A stretch of 64,000 nucleotides of DNA from Spirochaetota bacterium. Its GTDB lineage: Bacteria > Spirochaetota > UBA4802 > UBA5550. Below the pieces are notes generated by a model, which saw only the letters and a program-made list of their open reading frames with translations, was not told where the DNA came from and did not search any database. The translations under genes were made by a program, and so were the position numbers. Within the stretch, counting starts at the first letter, position 1. Each line of letters opens with the position of its first letter. Positions 41,060 to 52,042 of the stretch are shown piece after piece. The DNA is taken from the NCBI GenBank assembly GCA_963664815.2, contig CAXXHB010000003.1:2880001-2944000 (forward strand), read 5' to 3'.

Positions 41060-44000
41060 ATGATTGTCAATATAAAATATATCAGAATAATACGATATTT
41101 CATACTCTCATCCCTGCTGGTTCTGGGGAATGTAACAGCAATCTTTCCGGAGACATTCCCGTTAAACAGCAAAATGGACAATATATCTCTTGATAACTGT
41201 ATAGAATATGTTGAAGATCCAACTGGGAAAATGGAACTGGATGATATCAGAAAAATTGATGCCCGACAATTCAGACAGCTCCCTGACAATAAAATTAATA
41301 TCGGTTATTCAAAGTCAACCTTCTGGCTGAAAATTATAATTAAAAACGAAAGAGTTGATCCTTTCAACTGGATTTTTGAATCGAGATACCCTCTTCTTGA
41401 TTACATCACTCTTTACATTCCAGCAGAATTCGGTTTTATCGAAATTGAATCGGGAGACATGCTACCTTTTAAAAATATGCCGATTGATTATTATAATTTC
41501 GCATCCAGAATAACAAGCCCTCCTGGTGAATCAAGTATATATCTTAAGATAAAATCAGAGGGTTCTCTGATTTTCAAATTCCGAGGATGGGATTATGATT
41601 CCTTTCTGCACAACATTTATGTAGACATGTCACGTTTATGGCTGCTATACGGAATAATTATTGCCCTGTTCTTTTACAATTCTTTCATCTATATAGTATC
41701 TAAAGATAAAGCCTATCTATTTCTGTCACTCTTCATTGTTTCCACAATGTTATTAACTTTAATTTTTAACGGAATGGCAAGAAAATATCTCTGGCCAGAT
41801 TCAACATGGTGGGCAAATTACTCCCATCCATTTGCACTTTACTTAACCCTGATATTTCTTATAAAATTTACTCAGGCATTTTTGAACACAAAAGTCTATA
41901 TCAGATTCACACATAATGTACTTAACATCATTGTTGCAGCAATAATTCCGCTTATTATGATATCCCTGTTTACTCCCTACAACATATCAACAAAACTTTC
42001 CGTTACCGCAATGATTGTAACTCCTTTCATTTTGATTATTTTCACAATGATACCGATGTTCTGGGTTAACAGAAAAATGGCTTTATACTATTTATGCTCC
42101 TGGCTATTTTTCTCTCTTGGAATTATCCTCATAGGATTCAGAAGCCTTGGCCTTGTTACTGACAGTTTTCTTACAGAACGAAGTTACCAGATTGGAATGG
42201 CTTTTTCCTTCGTCTTTCTATCTATAGGAGTTGCAGATAAACTTGGTGTGTTAAAAAAAGAAAATGAAAAAGCTCTTTCATCGCTTAAGGAATCTGAATC
42301 AAGATACAGGTTATTCTTTGAAACAGCACACGATGCTATAATGTACTGCATAAATGATATTCCTGTTTTCGCCAACAGAAACATGCTGAAGATGACAGGA
42401 TATAACTCTAACGATTTTTACAAAAAAAGTGTTTATGATTTCTTTATATCGGAAAATGAATCTGGTGATGATGTTATACTACAGATTAAAAAAATATCAT
42501 CCGGTAAAATTCAGAACGCACAGTTTGAGGCTCTGCTTATAAATAAAGACAACATAAAAATAAATGTCCTTATTTCAATTTCATACCTCTCTGCAGGGGA
42601 TAACGGAGGAATATTTATGATAATATCAGATATTTCTTCATTAAAAAATGCATCAAACACAATCCATAAGCAGTATCAGAAAATTCAGGCTCAATTCGAC
42701 AGCATGGAAGTTCTCAATAATGAGCTGATATCGGCGCAGAGCAAACTGATAGCAGCTAACATTGAGATTGAAAAAGAGAAGGAATTTCTGTCCGCAACGC
42801 TTCTGTCAATAGGAGATGGTGTAATTGCTTATGATATTGAAGGGAAGATATTCCTGATAAATAACGTCGCAGAAGATATGACAGGAATATCCGGAAAAAA
42901 TGCCATTGGTAAACATGTGCGTGAGATTCTGCATCTTACTGATGATTTATCAAGAGATCTTTTTTTTGATACACTTGGGAAAGTTACCGAGAAATACAGA
43001 TTTAACAATATAGGTGTGCCATTTAATCTGATAGATAAAGATGGTAATGAAAGAATCATTGAAATAAACAGCGCCATAATCACACTCGACAATAAACCTC
43101 AGGGCATAGTACTGGCACTGCGCGATATAACTATAAAAAGTAAAATTGATACGGAACTTATCAAGATGAGTAAGCTTGAATCAATAGGAATTCTCGCTGG
43201 AGGTATAGCGCATGACTTTAACAACCTGCTGACAGGTATATCCGGAAATATTTCGATGATGAAAAATCATGCTCTTGAATTAGATGGGATATCTGATATA
43301 TTTAAGAATCTTGAAAAAGCTGTTGACAGAGCCGCTGCTTTAACAAAGCAGCTTTTAACTTTTGCCAAGGGTGGAGAACCTATTCTAACCTCTTCATCAC
43401 TTAAGGATATTATTAATGAATCTGCAAAATTCATCATTAAAAACCAGGACATCCGGATTGAAGTAGATATCAGTGATAATCTTCATTATGTTTTGATAGA
43501 TCCCAATCAGATCAGCCAGGCGATAAATAATCTTCTTATAAACTCCATACAGGCCATGAGCCGTGGAGGTACTATAACAATTTGTGCATCCAATATTGAC
43601 GAAATTCCTCACGAGATTCCTCTGAAATCCGGTAGTTATGTAATGCTTAAAATATCTGATACCGGTTCCGGCATACCGGAAAAAAATCTCGGTAAAATTT
43701 TCGATCCATTTTTTACAACAAAATCAAATGGTACGGGGCTTGGCCTTACAAGCACTTATTCAATTGTAAAAAAACATAGAGGTTATATAGAGGTTTCTTC
43801 GGAAGAGAATATGGGGACTACATTTAAAATATATTTAAAATCCACCCCTATGCCGGAACAAAAAAGTATAACAATTCAAAATAAAAATGAGGAAAAAGGC
43901 ACAGGAAGTATTCTGATTATGGATGATGAGGAATATATCCTGGAAGTTCTGTTGAAAATGCTGAAACATAAGGGATATAGTGTTGATTGTGCGAAGAACG

Positions 44001-44275
44001 GGGAAGAAGCAATTAAACTATATACGGAAAAGTTCTCTTTAAACAAAGCTTATGATTATGTTATTCTTGATCTTACGGTCTATGGTGGTATGGGTGGCAA
44101 AGAAGCTATTACAGAGCTGAAAAAAATTGACCCCAATATAAAAGCAATTGTAAGCAGCGGTTATTCCGATAATACCATCATGGCAAATTATAAAGAATAT
44201 GGTTTTGCAGGTGTTTTAACCAAACCTTATGCAATAGAGGATGTGATCAAATCACTGGCAGAAACTGATTTATAA
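41060..44275 (+). CDS. 7TM-DISM hybrid sensor kinase (DISMED2-7TM-PAS-PAS-HisKA-HATPase-REC)
   Basis: NIGYSKSTFWLK (DISMED2), seven TMs, two PAS, AGGIAHDFNNLL, FDPFFTTK, GTGLGL, REC MDDE/ILDLT/KPY. Confidence 0.93.
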   Translation: MIVNIKYIRIIRYFILSSLLVLGNVTAIFPETFPLNSKMDNISLDNCIEYVEDPTGKMELDDIRKIDARQFRQLPDNKINIGYSKSTFWLKIIIKNERVDPFNWIFESRYPLLDYITLYIPAEFGFIEIESGDMLPFKNMPIDYYNFASRITSPPGESSIYLKIKSEGSLIFKFRGWDYDSFLHNIYVDMSRLWLLYGIIIALFFYNSFIYIVSKDKAYLFLSLFIVSTMLLTLIFNGMARKYLWPDSTWWANYSHPFALYLTLIFLIKFTQAFLNTKVYIRFTHNVLNIIVAAIIPLIMISLFTPYNISTKLSVTAMIVTPFILIIFTMIPMFWVNRKMALYYLCSWLFFSLGIILIGFRSLGLVTDSFLTERSYQIGMAFSFVFLSIGVADKLGVLKKENEKALSSLKESESRYRLFFETAHDAIMYCINDIPVFANRNMLKMTGYNSNDFYKKSVYDFFISENESGDDVILQIKKISSGKIQNAQFEALLINKDNIKINVLISISYLSAGDNGGIFMIISDISSLKNASNTIHKQYQKIQAQFDSMEVLNNELISAQSKLIAANIEIEKEKEFLSATLLSIGDGVIAYDIEGKIFLINNVAEDMTGISGKNAIGKHVREILHLTDDLSRDLFFDTLGKVTEKYRFNNIGVPFNLIDKDGNERIIEINSAIITLDNKPQGIVLALRDITIKSKIDTELIKMSKLESIGILAGGIAHDFNNLLTGISGNISMMKNHALELDGISDIFKNLEKAVDRAAALTKQLLTFAKGGEPILTSSSLKDIINESAKFIIKNQDIRIEVDISDNLHYVLIDPNQISQAINNLLINSIQAMSRGGTITICASNIDEIPHEIPLKSGSYVMLKISDTGSGIPEKNLGKIFDPFFTTKSNGTGLGLTSTYSIVKKHRGYIEVSSEENMGTTFKIYLKSTPMPEQKSITIQNKNEEKGTGSILIMDDEEYILEVLLKMLKHKGYSVDCAKNGEEAIKLYTEKFSLNKAYDYVILDLTVYGGMGGKEAITELKKIDPNIKAIVSSGYSDNTIMANYKEYGFAGVLTKPYAIEDVIKSLAETDL

Positions 44276-44518
44276 ATAGTTTTTGCAGCGCTCCGGACTG
44301 CCGGATTCTCATTTAATGATTAAACCATCAGCTATATTATTATTCTGAATCCACTTCCAGTTATATATAATTCAATTGCATAATTTTCACTAAAAAATCT
44401 TGACAACATATTTCATTAAAATTCATTTTAATAACATTGTATCTTTTTTAATCAGTTCATCAAAAATAGACCGTTAATACTATTCGGCTACATGAATATA
44501 AAACACAAAGAGGATTAT

Positions 44519-46360
44519 ATGACAATACCTTTAAGAAGTGAAACAACAACATCAGGCCGAAGAATGGCAGGAGCAAGGAGCCTGTGGCGTGCAAATGGAA
44601 TGAAGGAAGAACAGTTAGGAAAACCGATTATTGCTATTGTAAATTCATTCACAGAGCTAGTTCCAGGTCATGTACACCTCAATGAAATGGGAAGATTCAT
44701 AAAAAAACTGATAGAGGAACAGGGTTGTTTTGCTCCTGAATTTAATACAATTGCAATCGATGACGGGATAGCCATGGGACATGACGGTATGCTCTACTCA
44801 CTTCCATCAAGAGAAATAATAGCTGACAGTGTAGAATATATGTGTAATGCACATCAGGTAGATGCCATGATTTGCATTCCGAACTGTGATAAAATTGTCC
44901 CTGGAATGCTGATGGCGGCCATGCGACTTAATATACCAGCTGTGTTTATTTCAGGCGGACCGATGGAAGCAGGAGTTCATGATGGAAAAAAATATGACCT
45001 TATTGACGCGATGGTTATGGGAGCGGATCCATCCATACCTGATGAATTTATCGCCGAGCTTGAACTTAAAGCCTGTCCGACTTGCGGCTCATGCTCAGGG
45101 ATGTTCACTGCCAATTCTATGAACTGTCTCACAGAAGCGCTGGGTCTTGGACTTCCCGGCAACGGAACTGTCGTAGCAACACATGCAACCAGAAGAAGGA
45201 TGACTGAACAGGCAGCTAAATTAATTGTTAACAATGCCAATGAATATTATGAAAAGGGTAAAGTATCCGTACTTCCACGTTCAATTGCTACCAAGGAAGC
45301 TTTTCTTAATGCCATGTCTCTCGATATAGCTATGGGAGGATCGACAAATACTGTACTTCACCTTCTTGCTATTGCAGATGCCGCTGAAGTTGATTTCACA
45401 ATGAATGATATTGATATACTTTCACGTAAAATTCCCAACCTCTGTAAAGTGGCACCAAGCTACCATTACCACATAGAGGATGTAAACCGCGCTGGAGGAG
45501 TAATGTCAATATATGGCGAGCTGGATAGAGCCGGATTAATAGATACCTCTGTTATGAGAGTTGATTCACCATCACTGCAGGAAACCCTCGACAAGTACGA
45601 TATTATGCGTAAAAGCGTATTGCCTGAAGCAAAAAAAATTTACAGCAGTGGTCCGGGAAGGAATGGCAGAAACCTCAGATTTGCATCGCAGGATACTTAC
45701 TACAGTGAACTTGATACAGACAGAATATCCGGATGCATCAGGAATATTGAAAACTGTTACAATATGGATGGAGGCCTTGCAGTCCTTTTCGGAAATATCG
45801 CTCAGAACGGATGTATCGTCAAAACAGCAGGGGTTGACGCTTCTCTTTATAAATTCAACGGCCCTGCAAAAGTTTTCAATTCACAGGAACTGGCATGTGA
45901 CGCAATACTCGGTGGAAAAATAAAAGCTGGAGATGTTGTTGTTATCCGTTATGAAGGCCCGAAAGGCGGACCCGGCATGCAGGAGATGCTTTACCCTACT
46001 TCATATATAAAATCAATGCATCTTGGTAAAGAATGTGCCCTGATTACTGATGGCAGATTCTCGGGTGGAACAGCAGGCCTTTCCATCGGACATATCTCTC
46101 CTGAAGCAGCATCTGGAGGAAACATAGCATTGGTAAAAGACGGAGATATTATAGAAATAAATATCCCTGAAAGAAAAATAAATATATCTGTTGATGATAA
46201 TGAAGTTATGAAAAGAAATAAAGAGGAGACATCAAAGGGGAAAGAGGCTTTTAAACCACAAGGAAGAGACAGAAAAATTTCCAAGGCACTCCAGATTTAC
46301 TCTCTTCTCGCATCATCAGCAGATAAAGGCGCAGTAAGAAAAATTCCCGACAATATTTAG
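44519..46360 (+). CDS. ilvD: Dihydroxy-acid dehydratase
   Basis: [51 protein letters not shown]. Start at MTIPLRS after agagga. Confidence 0.97.
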   Translation: MTIPLRSETTTSGRRMAGARSLWRANGMKEEQLGKPIIAIVNSFTELVPGHVHLNEMGRFIKKLIEEQGCFAPEFNTIAIDDGIAMGHDGMLYSLPSREIIADSVEYMCNAHQVDAMICIPNCDKIVPGMLMAAMRLNIPAVFISGGPMEAGVHDGKKYDLIDAMVMGADPSIPDEFIAELELKACPTCGSCSGMFTANSMNCLTEALGLGLPGNGTVVATHATRRRMTEQAAKLIVNNANEYYEKGKVSVLPRSIATKEAFLNAMSLDIAMGGSTNTVLHLLAIADAAEVDFTMNDIDILSRKIPNLCKVAPSYHYHIEDVNRAGGVMSIYGELDRAGLIDTSVMRVDSPSLQETLDKYDIMRKSVLPEAKKIYSSGPGRNGRNLRFASQDTYYSELDTDRISGCIRNIENCYNMDGGLAVLFGNIAQNGCIVKTAGVDASLYKFNGPAKVFNSQELACDAILGGKIKAGDVVVIRYEGPKGGPGMQEMLYPTSYIKSMHLGKECALITDGRFSGGTAGLSIGHISPEAASGGNIALVKDGDIIEINIPERKINISVDDNEVMKRNKEETSKGKEAFKPQGRDRKISKALQIYSLLASSADKGAVRKIPDNI

Positions 46361-46384
46361 CTGTACATTAAGAAAAAAAGATAA

Positions 46385-46428
46385 TATAATAAGAAAGGGA
46401 ATCTTTTAAGATCCCCTTTCTTATTATA
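46385..46428. terminator. Bidirectional terminator between convergent genes
   Basis: 15-bp perfect arms tataataagaaaggg / ccctttcttattata. Confidence 0.65.
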
Positions 46429-46436
46429 AATTCCAT

Positions 46437-47249
46437 TTAAGGCCACGGTTCCCAGTCGCCCCAATTATCAAAATATTCTTTAAATGCCGGGATTCTTTCA
46501 ATATTGTTAAACACAAAAAATTTTGCCTTTTGAACAATATCCTGCTCCTTGTCAATTGATATATCACCCTGCAGCACTCGTGTTCTGAGAAATACAAAAT
46601 AAGTATCAAGCACATCATGTATGCAGTAATTATTTATATCATCAACTTTTCCCTGAAGAAACATCTCGTAGACCTGATCCCCTTTCGTAGACATTTTGCC
46701 CGGCTTGCCAAGTACTTTAGCAAGAAGATTCAATCCGCCATTCATCCTGATGGCATTATAATTTGAAAGATAATCCTGCAGATCAATATGCTTTGTACTG
46801 TAACGGTTTCGTCCAGCCCATTTATCCTTGAAATGCCTTTTAACAGGATAACCATACCTGAAAGCCATTAACTCAAGCAATGGAATATCAAATCCCCTGC
46901 CATTAAAAGTAACGAGTGCTGAATGATTATAAAGATTTTCAACACCATGCCAGAATAACCTTACAATCTCAGATGATCTGTATGCGGGTTTATCCAGACT
47001 GACTATATCAAGAAGTGAGAAATCTTCAGCTACTTTCGCCAAGCAAACCGCAATCGGATACTGAAAAGTAACAGGGATAAAATCAGTAGTGCCGCTTGAT
47101 CCTTCCAGTATCTCCTCCTGAAATTTTCTTACGGCACCTGCTTCATCAAAACTTTCTTCAGGATATTTAACTTTTTTTATAAGTTTTGCATCAGGTACAG
47201 ATTCCACATCAAATACAAGATATTTGACATCTTCATTTTTAATACTCAA
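46437..47249 (-). CDS. 3'-5' exonuclease, PolB-exo-like (DEDDy)
   Basis: ExoI VFDVES, ExoII TFNGRGFDIP, ExoIII YCIHDV. Confidence 0.88.
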   Translation of the reverse strand: MSIKNEDVKYLVFDVESVPDAKLIKKVKYPEESFDEAGAVRKFQEEILEGSSGTTDFIPVTFQYPIAVCLAKVAEDFSLLDIVSLDKPAYRSSEIVRLFWHGVENLYNHSALVTFNGRGFDIPLLELMAFRYGYPVKRHFKDKWAGRNRYSTKHIDLQDYLSNYNAIRMNGGLNLLAKVLGKPGKMSTKGDQVYEMFLQGKVDDINNYCIHDVLDTYFVFLRTRVLQGDISIDKEQDIVQKAKFFVFNNIERIPAFKEYFDNWGDWEPWP

Positions 47250-47253
47250 TTAC

Positions 47254-47697
47254 TTATTTACCTTTAACCTTTTCTTCCATTTTCTGATATAAATCTTTTA
47301 TGAAAGGATCTGTTTCTGTTTCTTTTGCTTTTTTCCATACTGCAATGGATTTATCAGATTTTATTCTCATTGTTGAAAGAAGTGCAGTATATCTTACCGA
47401 AGCATTCGAATCGTTCAGGATCAGATTGTTCAGTGCATCAACGTTTTTCTCTCCACCTATATAACCGAGAGCCATAGCCGCATAAGCCCTGACCACATAC
47501 CTTGAATCAGAAAGAAGTGCAACCAGCTTTTGAGAAGCATCCTCCTCTTTCTTGTCTCCAAGCCATTCAGCTGCCTGAATAATAATCTTCTCATCTTTTG
47601 CAGGATCAAGATCCGCTATATATTTTTCTTTGTCAGAAGCAAAAACCATTGATGATATCGATAAAATAATAAACGTAATAAAAATTCTTTTTTTCAT
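47254..47697 (-). CDS. Exported HEAT-repeat protein
   Basis: Signal peptide plus repeats LSDSRYVVRAYAAMALG and LNDSNASVRYTAL. Confidence 0.82.
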   Translation of the reverse strand: MKKRIFITFIILSISSMVFASDKEKYIADLDPAKDEKIIIQAAEWLGDKKEEDASQKLVALLSDSRYVVRAYAAMALGYIGGEKNVDALNNLILNDSNASVRYTALLSTMRIKSDKSIAVWKKAKETETDPFIKDLYQKMEEKVKGK

Positions 47698-47865
47698 AAA
47701 TTTACCTATCCTTATAAGTTACTTATACTCATATAATGTTAATAAACAACATCTTTAATGTCAATACTTTTATCGGCATATAAATGCCCTGGCAGTAGAG
47801 AACAGATTATTTTACAGAGGAATAATAAACTTACCGTAAAAATTCTGCCCATAAAACTGTTCTTT

Positions 47866-48438
47866 TCATTCAAGCATCCGTTCCATAAGGTACTCCAGAT
47901 CATCAATATAAATATTATCCTTGGTGATCCTCCACATTGTCGCAGCACCTTCATAAAGATGTACCATTCGCCTGGAGACCCTTTCAATCTCCAGTGTTTC
48001 AGGTAATTTGTCGTTTTTTACCATCTTGTTCAGAAACTGTGCAACAAGATCTACCCACCCATCAATTATCCGTTTCAGAAGATTCATCATTTCACCATCT
48101 TCAATATCAATCTGAAATGCAGATCCCGCAATCGGACATCCTCGATATATAACCTGAAAATCACTTTTAATTACTTCAATCCATTTTCTGACAAAATCAT
48201 TAAATGAATTACTGTCGAGTACCACACTAACCATCTGATTTTTTATTATTTTATCATATTCTATTACACATTCCTTTATCAGATCTCTTTTCGAAGGAAA
48301 ATGATTATAGAAACTTGCTTTTGCAACCTTTGACTCTTCAATTATCTGATTAATCCCTGTACTTTTTATTCCCTGGCTATAAAAAAGTTTCATTGCAGTC
48401 TGAAGAATTCTTTCTCTTACACTTCCGCCATCACTCAT
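47866..48438 (-). CDS. TetR/AcrR-family transcriptional regulator
   Basis: RERILQTAMKLFYSQG..STGINQIIEESKVAKASFYNHFPSK and RGCP. Confidence 0.93.
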   Translation of the reverse strand: MSDGGSVRERILQTAMKLFYSQGIKSTGINQIIEESKVAKASFYNHFPSKRDLIKECVIEYDKIIKNQMVSVVLDSNSFNDFVRKWIEVIKSDFQVIYRGCPIAGSAFQIDIEDGEMMNLLKRIIDGWVDLVAQFLNKMVKNDKLPETLEIERVSRRMVHLYEGAATMWRITKDNIYIDDLEYLMERMLE

Positions 48439-48580
48439 TGATTATACCCTGAATTATTACTTTCAATATTTATTCCTTAACTTTTTTGCAAATGAAAAAT
48501 GTTTTAATCATCCCGCTAACAATGCGGAAGGGAGATATAATATCTGCATTTACATTAAAATATTTAGTCAGAATATATTA

Positions 48581-48693
48581 CTGTATTTTTGAATTGACAA
48601 AAGACTGAACAGACGGTATTTGTCAATTCAAAAATACAGACCGGTTTGTCTATCTAATCAATAATCACAACATTATACAGACTTGTCTGTTTA
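48581..48693. promoter_or_regulatory. Divergent control region: perfect 21-bp inverted repeat plus AGAC-N-GTCT operator-like palindromes
   Basis: ctgtatttttgaattgacaaa-N17-tttgtcaattcaaaaatacag, agaccggtttgtct, and acagacttgtctgt. Confidence 0.55.
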
Positions 48694-48747
48694 TAATAAA
48701 GAATTATGTATCAAACAAACTAAACGTTACTAAAAAGGGAGGACGCT

Positions 48748-49842
48748 GTGAATTTCGATTACAATCAGGAAGCCCTAAAAAACTTAAAAATTGAGGATAC
48801 ATCAATCCTCAACAGACTTGTGGATTCGAATTCCGCAAGAGAAGCTCACCTGAAGAAAGACCATTCCCAGAGAGACAAAAGAATGTCACTAAAGGAAGCG
48901 GTTGCCGAATACGTAAACGATGGAGACATCTGGTGCGATAGCGGTTTCAGTTATGTCAGGTCTGCCATTCAGGCATTCTGGGAGATTATTCGCCAGGGAA
49001 AGAAAAACCTCCAGGCAATAGGGTCACCCAATACTAACCAGAGCTATGGCGTTGTATATGGAACAGTAGCACATTGTCACGCATCATATGCCGGTGCCGA
49101 AATGAGAGGCATTGACAGACTTTTCTCAAGGAATTTAAAAAGCGGCAAAGTAAAAATTCTATCCGACTGGAGCCATGGACTTATGGGCCAGGGATTTAAA
49201 GCGGCACAACTTGGAATGCCTGGATGTTTTTCAAAACAGGGACTAGGTTCAGATATAGTTACCCATAATCCCTACCTGAAAGTTGTTCAGAATCCACTAT
49301 CAAAAGATAGTGATCCATGCGTGTTTGTTCCCGCGCTTTTCCCGGATATCGTTGTCATCCATGTAAATGCAGCGGATAAATTCGGTAATGCAAGATTCTA
49401 CGGGCCGGCAGTTAACGACATTGCAACAGCCGCAGCATCAAGAAAAGTTATTATCACCGCTGAGGAAATTGTCTCAAATTATGACATCCGCTATCATGCA
49501 AAAGGTGCACAAATACCTTTCAACAACATTGATGCCGTAGTTGAACTCCCCTTCGGCGCTGCTCCGGGATATATGCCCAATGAATATTACTGGATGAGGT
49601 ATATCTGGGAGAAATTCTTTAAATACGCAAGTGAAACTGATGAGCTATCCAAAGAATATTTCGACGAAATTATTATGGGAACAAAAAATGTAAATGACCT
49701 TGTGGAAATGGTGGGTGGACTGGATTGGGTAAACAAAAGCCGAAGAAGAGCAAGAGCAGCCGAAGGTAACAATGAATCTGACGGTATAAGCTTTGTTTAC
49801 AAGATATGGGAAAACGGTATGGATGTGAAGGATATTGAATAA
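48748..49842 (+). CDS. Family I CoA-transferase subunit A (GctA/PcaI-like)
   Basis: MSLKEAVAEYVNDGD, FKAAQLGMP, VPALFPDIVVIHVNAADKFGN, IITAEEIV. RBS gggagg, GTG start. Confidence 0.88.
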   Translation: MNFDYNQEALKNLKIEDTSILNRLVDSNSAREAHLKKDHSQRDKRMSLKEAVAEYVNDGDIWCDSGFSYVRSAIQAFWEIIRQGKKNLQAIGSPNTNQSYGVVYGTVAHCHASYAGAEMRGIDRLFSRNLKSGKVKILSDWSHGLMGQGFKAAQLGMPGCFSKQGLGSDIVTHNPYLKVVQNPLSKDSDPCVFVPALFPDIVVIHVNAADKFGNARFYGPAVNDIATAAASRKVIITAEEIVSNYDIRYHAKGAQIPFNNIDAVVELPFGAAPGYMPNEYYWMRYIWEKFFKYASETDELSKEYFDEIIMGTKNVNDLVEMVGGLDWVNKSRRRARAAEGNNESDGISFVYKIWENGMDVKDIE

Positions 49843-49884
49843 TCTGTATCAATCTTGAAATTCTGAATTAACAAGGAGAAAAAA

Positions 49885-50670
49885 ATGTCGAATGATAAAC
49901 CAATGAATCCTCTTGAAATGCTGGCTTTTATACTCTCAAAGCAGATTGAAGATAATGAAGTTGTATATATCGGAACAGGACTCCCGATGGTAGCTGCTAT
50001 TCTGGCAAAAAAAACTCATGCCCCTCATATTACTTTTGTTTACGAATCAGGCGGGCAGGATCCATTACATCTTGAAATGCCATGGTCAGTAGGCGGCCCT
50101 ATGACATGGAGAAAGTCTCCGATTATTATGGAGATGCCCTACTCGTTTGGTCAGGCGGCAAATGGAATGGTTGACAAGGGTTTCCTCGGGTTTGCACAGA
50201 TTGATATGTATGGTAGCGCTAATACCCACATGATCGGTCCTGAATTTACAAACCCTAAAGTAAGACTAACGGGATCGGGCGGTAATAACGACGTATCCTC
50301 TCTAGTAAGTAAACTGATTTACGTCGGACTTCAGGACCAGAATAAGTTTGTGAAAAAAGTGGACTTTGTTACTTCCCCTGGATGGCTTGGCGAAGGGGAC
50401 GCGAGAAAAAAAGCAGGTTTAATAAATGATGGTCCTATGACTGTAATAACCTCTGCCGGCGTATATGATTTCGAACCGGGAACACACAGGATGAGAATAA
50501 AGACTCTTCATCCCGGAGTGTCACCTGAACTTGCCCAGTTAGCATCAGGGTTTGAGCTTGTCAGGCCGCAGGGGGCAATTCCGGTAACAGAAACCCCGAC
50601 TAAAGAAATAATTCAGATACTGCGAAATGAAGTTGATCCTAGCGGAATCTTCATCAGTATGCCATCTTAA
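49885..50670 (+). CDS. Family I CoA-transferase subunit B (GctB/PcaJ-like)
   Basis: IGTGLP, YESG (catalytic Glu position), AQIDMYG, RLTGSGG, VDFVTSPG, LHPGV. Confidence 0.9.
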   Translation: MSNDKPMNPLEMLAFILSKQIEDNEVVYIGTGLPMVAAILAKKTHAPHITFVYESGGQDPLHLEMPWSVGGPMTWRKSPIIMEMPYSFGQAANGMVDKGFLGFAQIDMYGSANTHMIGPEFTNPKVRLTGSGGNNDVSSLVSKLIYVGLQDQNKFVKKVDFVTSPGWLGEGDARKKAGLINDGPMTVITSAGVYDFEPGTHRMRIKTLHPGVSPELAQLASGFELVRPQGAIPVTETPTKEIIQILRNEVDPSGIFISMPS

Positions 50671-50704
50671 ATATTTTAAACTGGTAAATCGTTTAGAATT
50701 TGTT

Positions 50705-50752
50705 ACAAAACGTAAAAAAAGGATGATTTAATTCACCTTTTTTACGTTTTGT
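50705..50752. terminator. Bidirectional terminator-like inverted repeat
   Basis: acaaaacgtaaaaaaagg...ccttttttacgttttgt between convergent genes. Confidence 0.55.
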
Positions 50753-51119
50753 GCTTTTTCAGAATCACACATTTTACCCTTTCATATAACTCTGTATCAT
50801 TTAAACATATTGCTTCTTCTATAGATTTCAGTGATGCTGTTATCTCTCCGTTTCTGTAATAGTATTTGGCAAGATTGTAGTAAAGAAGATGAAATCCAGG
50901 ATCCAGTTTAACAGCCTTTTTTAAAACCGCAACAGCATTATAATAATCTGTTTTCGCAGCATAAACCGATGCAAGATCTATATATGCATATATAAAGTAT
51001 TTATTCAGGTTGATTACATGCTTCAGAGCAGAAATAGCTTTTTCCCAATCTTTTTCATTCTTCCACTGACATGCTATATCATAATAATCATCAGCTTCAA
51101 TAAAATCAGTTTTATTCAC
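50742..51119 (-). CDS. TPR-repeat protein
   Basis: Three TPR-like repeats (AYIDLASVY..AVKLDP; YYNLAKYY). GTG start with ggagg RBS. Confidence 0.85.
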   Translation of the reverse strand: MNKTDFIEADDYYDIACQWKNEKDWEKAISALKHVINLNKYFIYAYIDLASVYAAKTDYYNAVAVLKKAVKLDPGFHLLYYNLAKYYYRNGEITASLKSIEEAICLNDTELYERVKCVILKKHKT

Positions 51120-51414
51120 AGGAACTAACCCTCCTATAAATTTTTTTTACACAAATTAAACATTTTTATCCATTTAATTCGTTAGTTAACATTTACTTAA
51201 GACCAGATTCCGTTGTCATAAATTGAAGATTTATGTTTTATTCAATATTTCATTAAAAAGAGTTGCACTTAATTATTAAATCCAGATAACTTTAATCTAA
51301 ATCATTCATCTTAAAGATAAAAAAATACTTTCATTTACTAATGCTGGTATTTTCGAGATGCCGGGATTTTTTAAATAAATAAATCAGATTCAGTTTCAAT
51401 CAATTATAATTTTT

Positions 51415-51834
51415 ATGAAGACAAACATTAATATAAGAAAATTCAGTATAACCGATAAGTCAGAAGTAATATCTCTATGGAAAACCTGCGGATTGATTGT
51501 GCCATCTAATAATCCTGAAGATGATATTGAACTGAAAATCAAATTTCAACCGGACCTTTTTTTTGTCGCCGAAATTGAAGGTAAAGTTATAGGTACGGTT
51601 ATGACAGGTTTCGACGGACATAGAGGATGGCTTAATTATCTCGGAGTAGATCCAGTGTTCAGAAAATGTGGATTTGGGCGCTCACTTGTCGAATACTCTA
51701 TAAATAAACTAAAAGAACTGGGATGCCCTAAATTAAATATACAGATCAGAACAGGAAATACTGCTGTAACTGATTTCTATAAAAAACTGGGATTCCAGAA
51801 TCATGATGTAATTGGTATGCAAATAAAGCTCTGA
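51415..51834 (+). CDS. GNAT acetyltransferase (YpeA-like)
   Basis: GTVMTGFDGHRGWLNYLGV, RKCGFG, GCPKLN, FYKKLGF. Confidence 0.92.
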   Translation: MKTNINIRKFSITDKSEVISLWKTCGLIVPSNNPEDDIELKIKFQPDLFFVAEIEGKVIGTVMTGFDGHRGWLNYLGVDPVFRKCGFGRSLVEYSINKLKELGCPKLNIQIRTGNTAVTDFYKKLGFQNHDVIGMQIKL

Positions 51835-51957
51835 AATTCAAAATATAATTCCATTTCACTCTCAAATTCTCTCATCTACTCATAATACTTCTTTCTCATA
51901 ATGTTTTATAATAGAAGTGTCATTTCTATACTGTCTTCATGTTAAATTCTATCTTAC

Positions 51958-51997
51958 TTCTCATTGTAAACCTTTAAAAAAAGGTTTACAATGAGAA
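51958..51997. repeat. Perfect 18-bp inverted repeat upstream of S1-like gene
   Basis: ttctcattgtaaaccttt-aaaa-aaaggtttacaatgagaa. Confidence 0.7.
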
Positions 51998-52042
51998 ATG
52001 ATATATAATTATTGATTAAATTATTTTTTCAGGATTTTTAAA

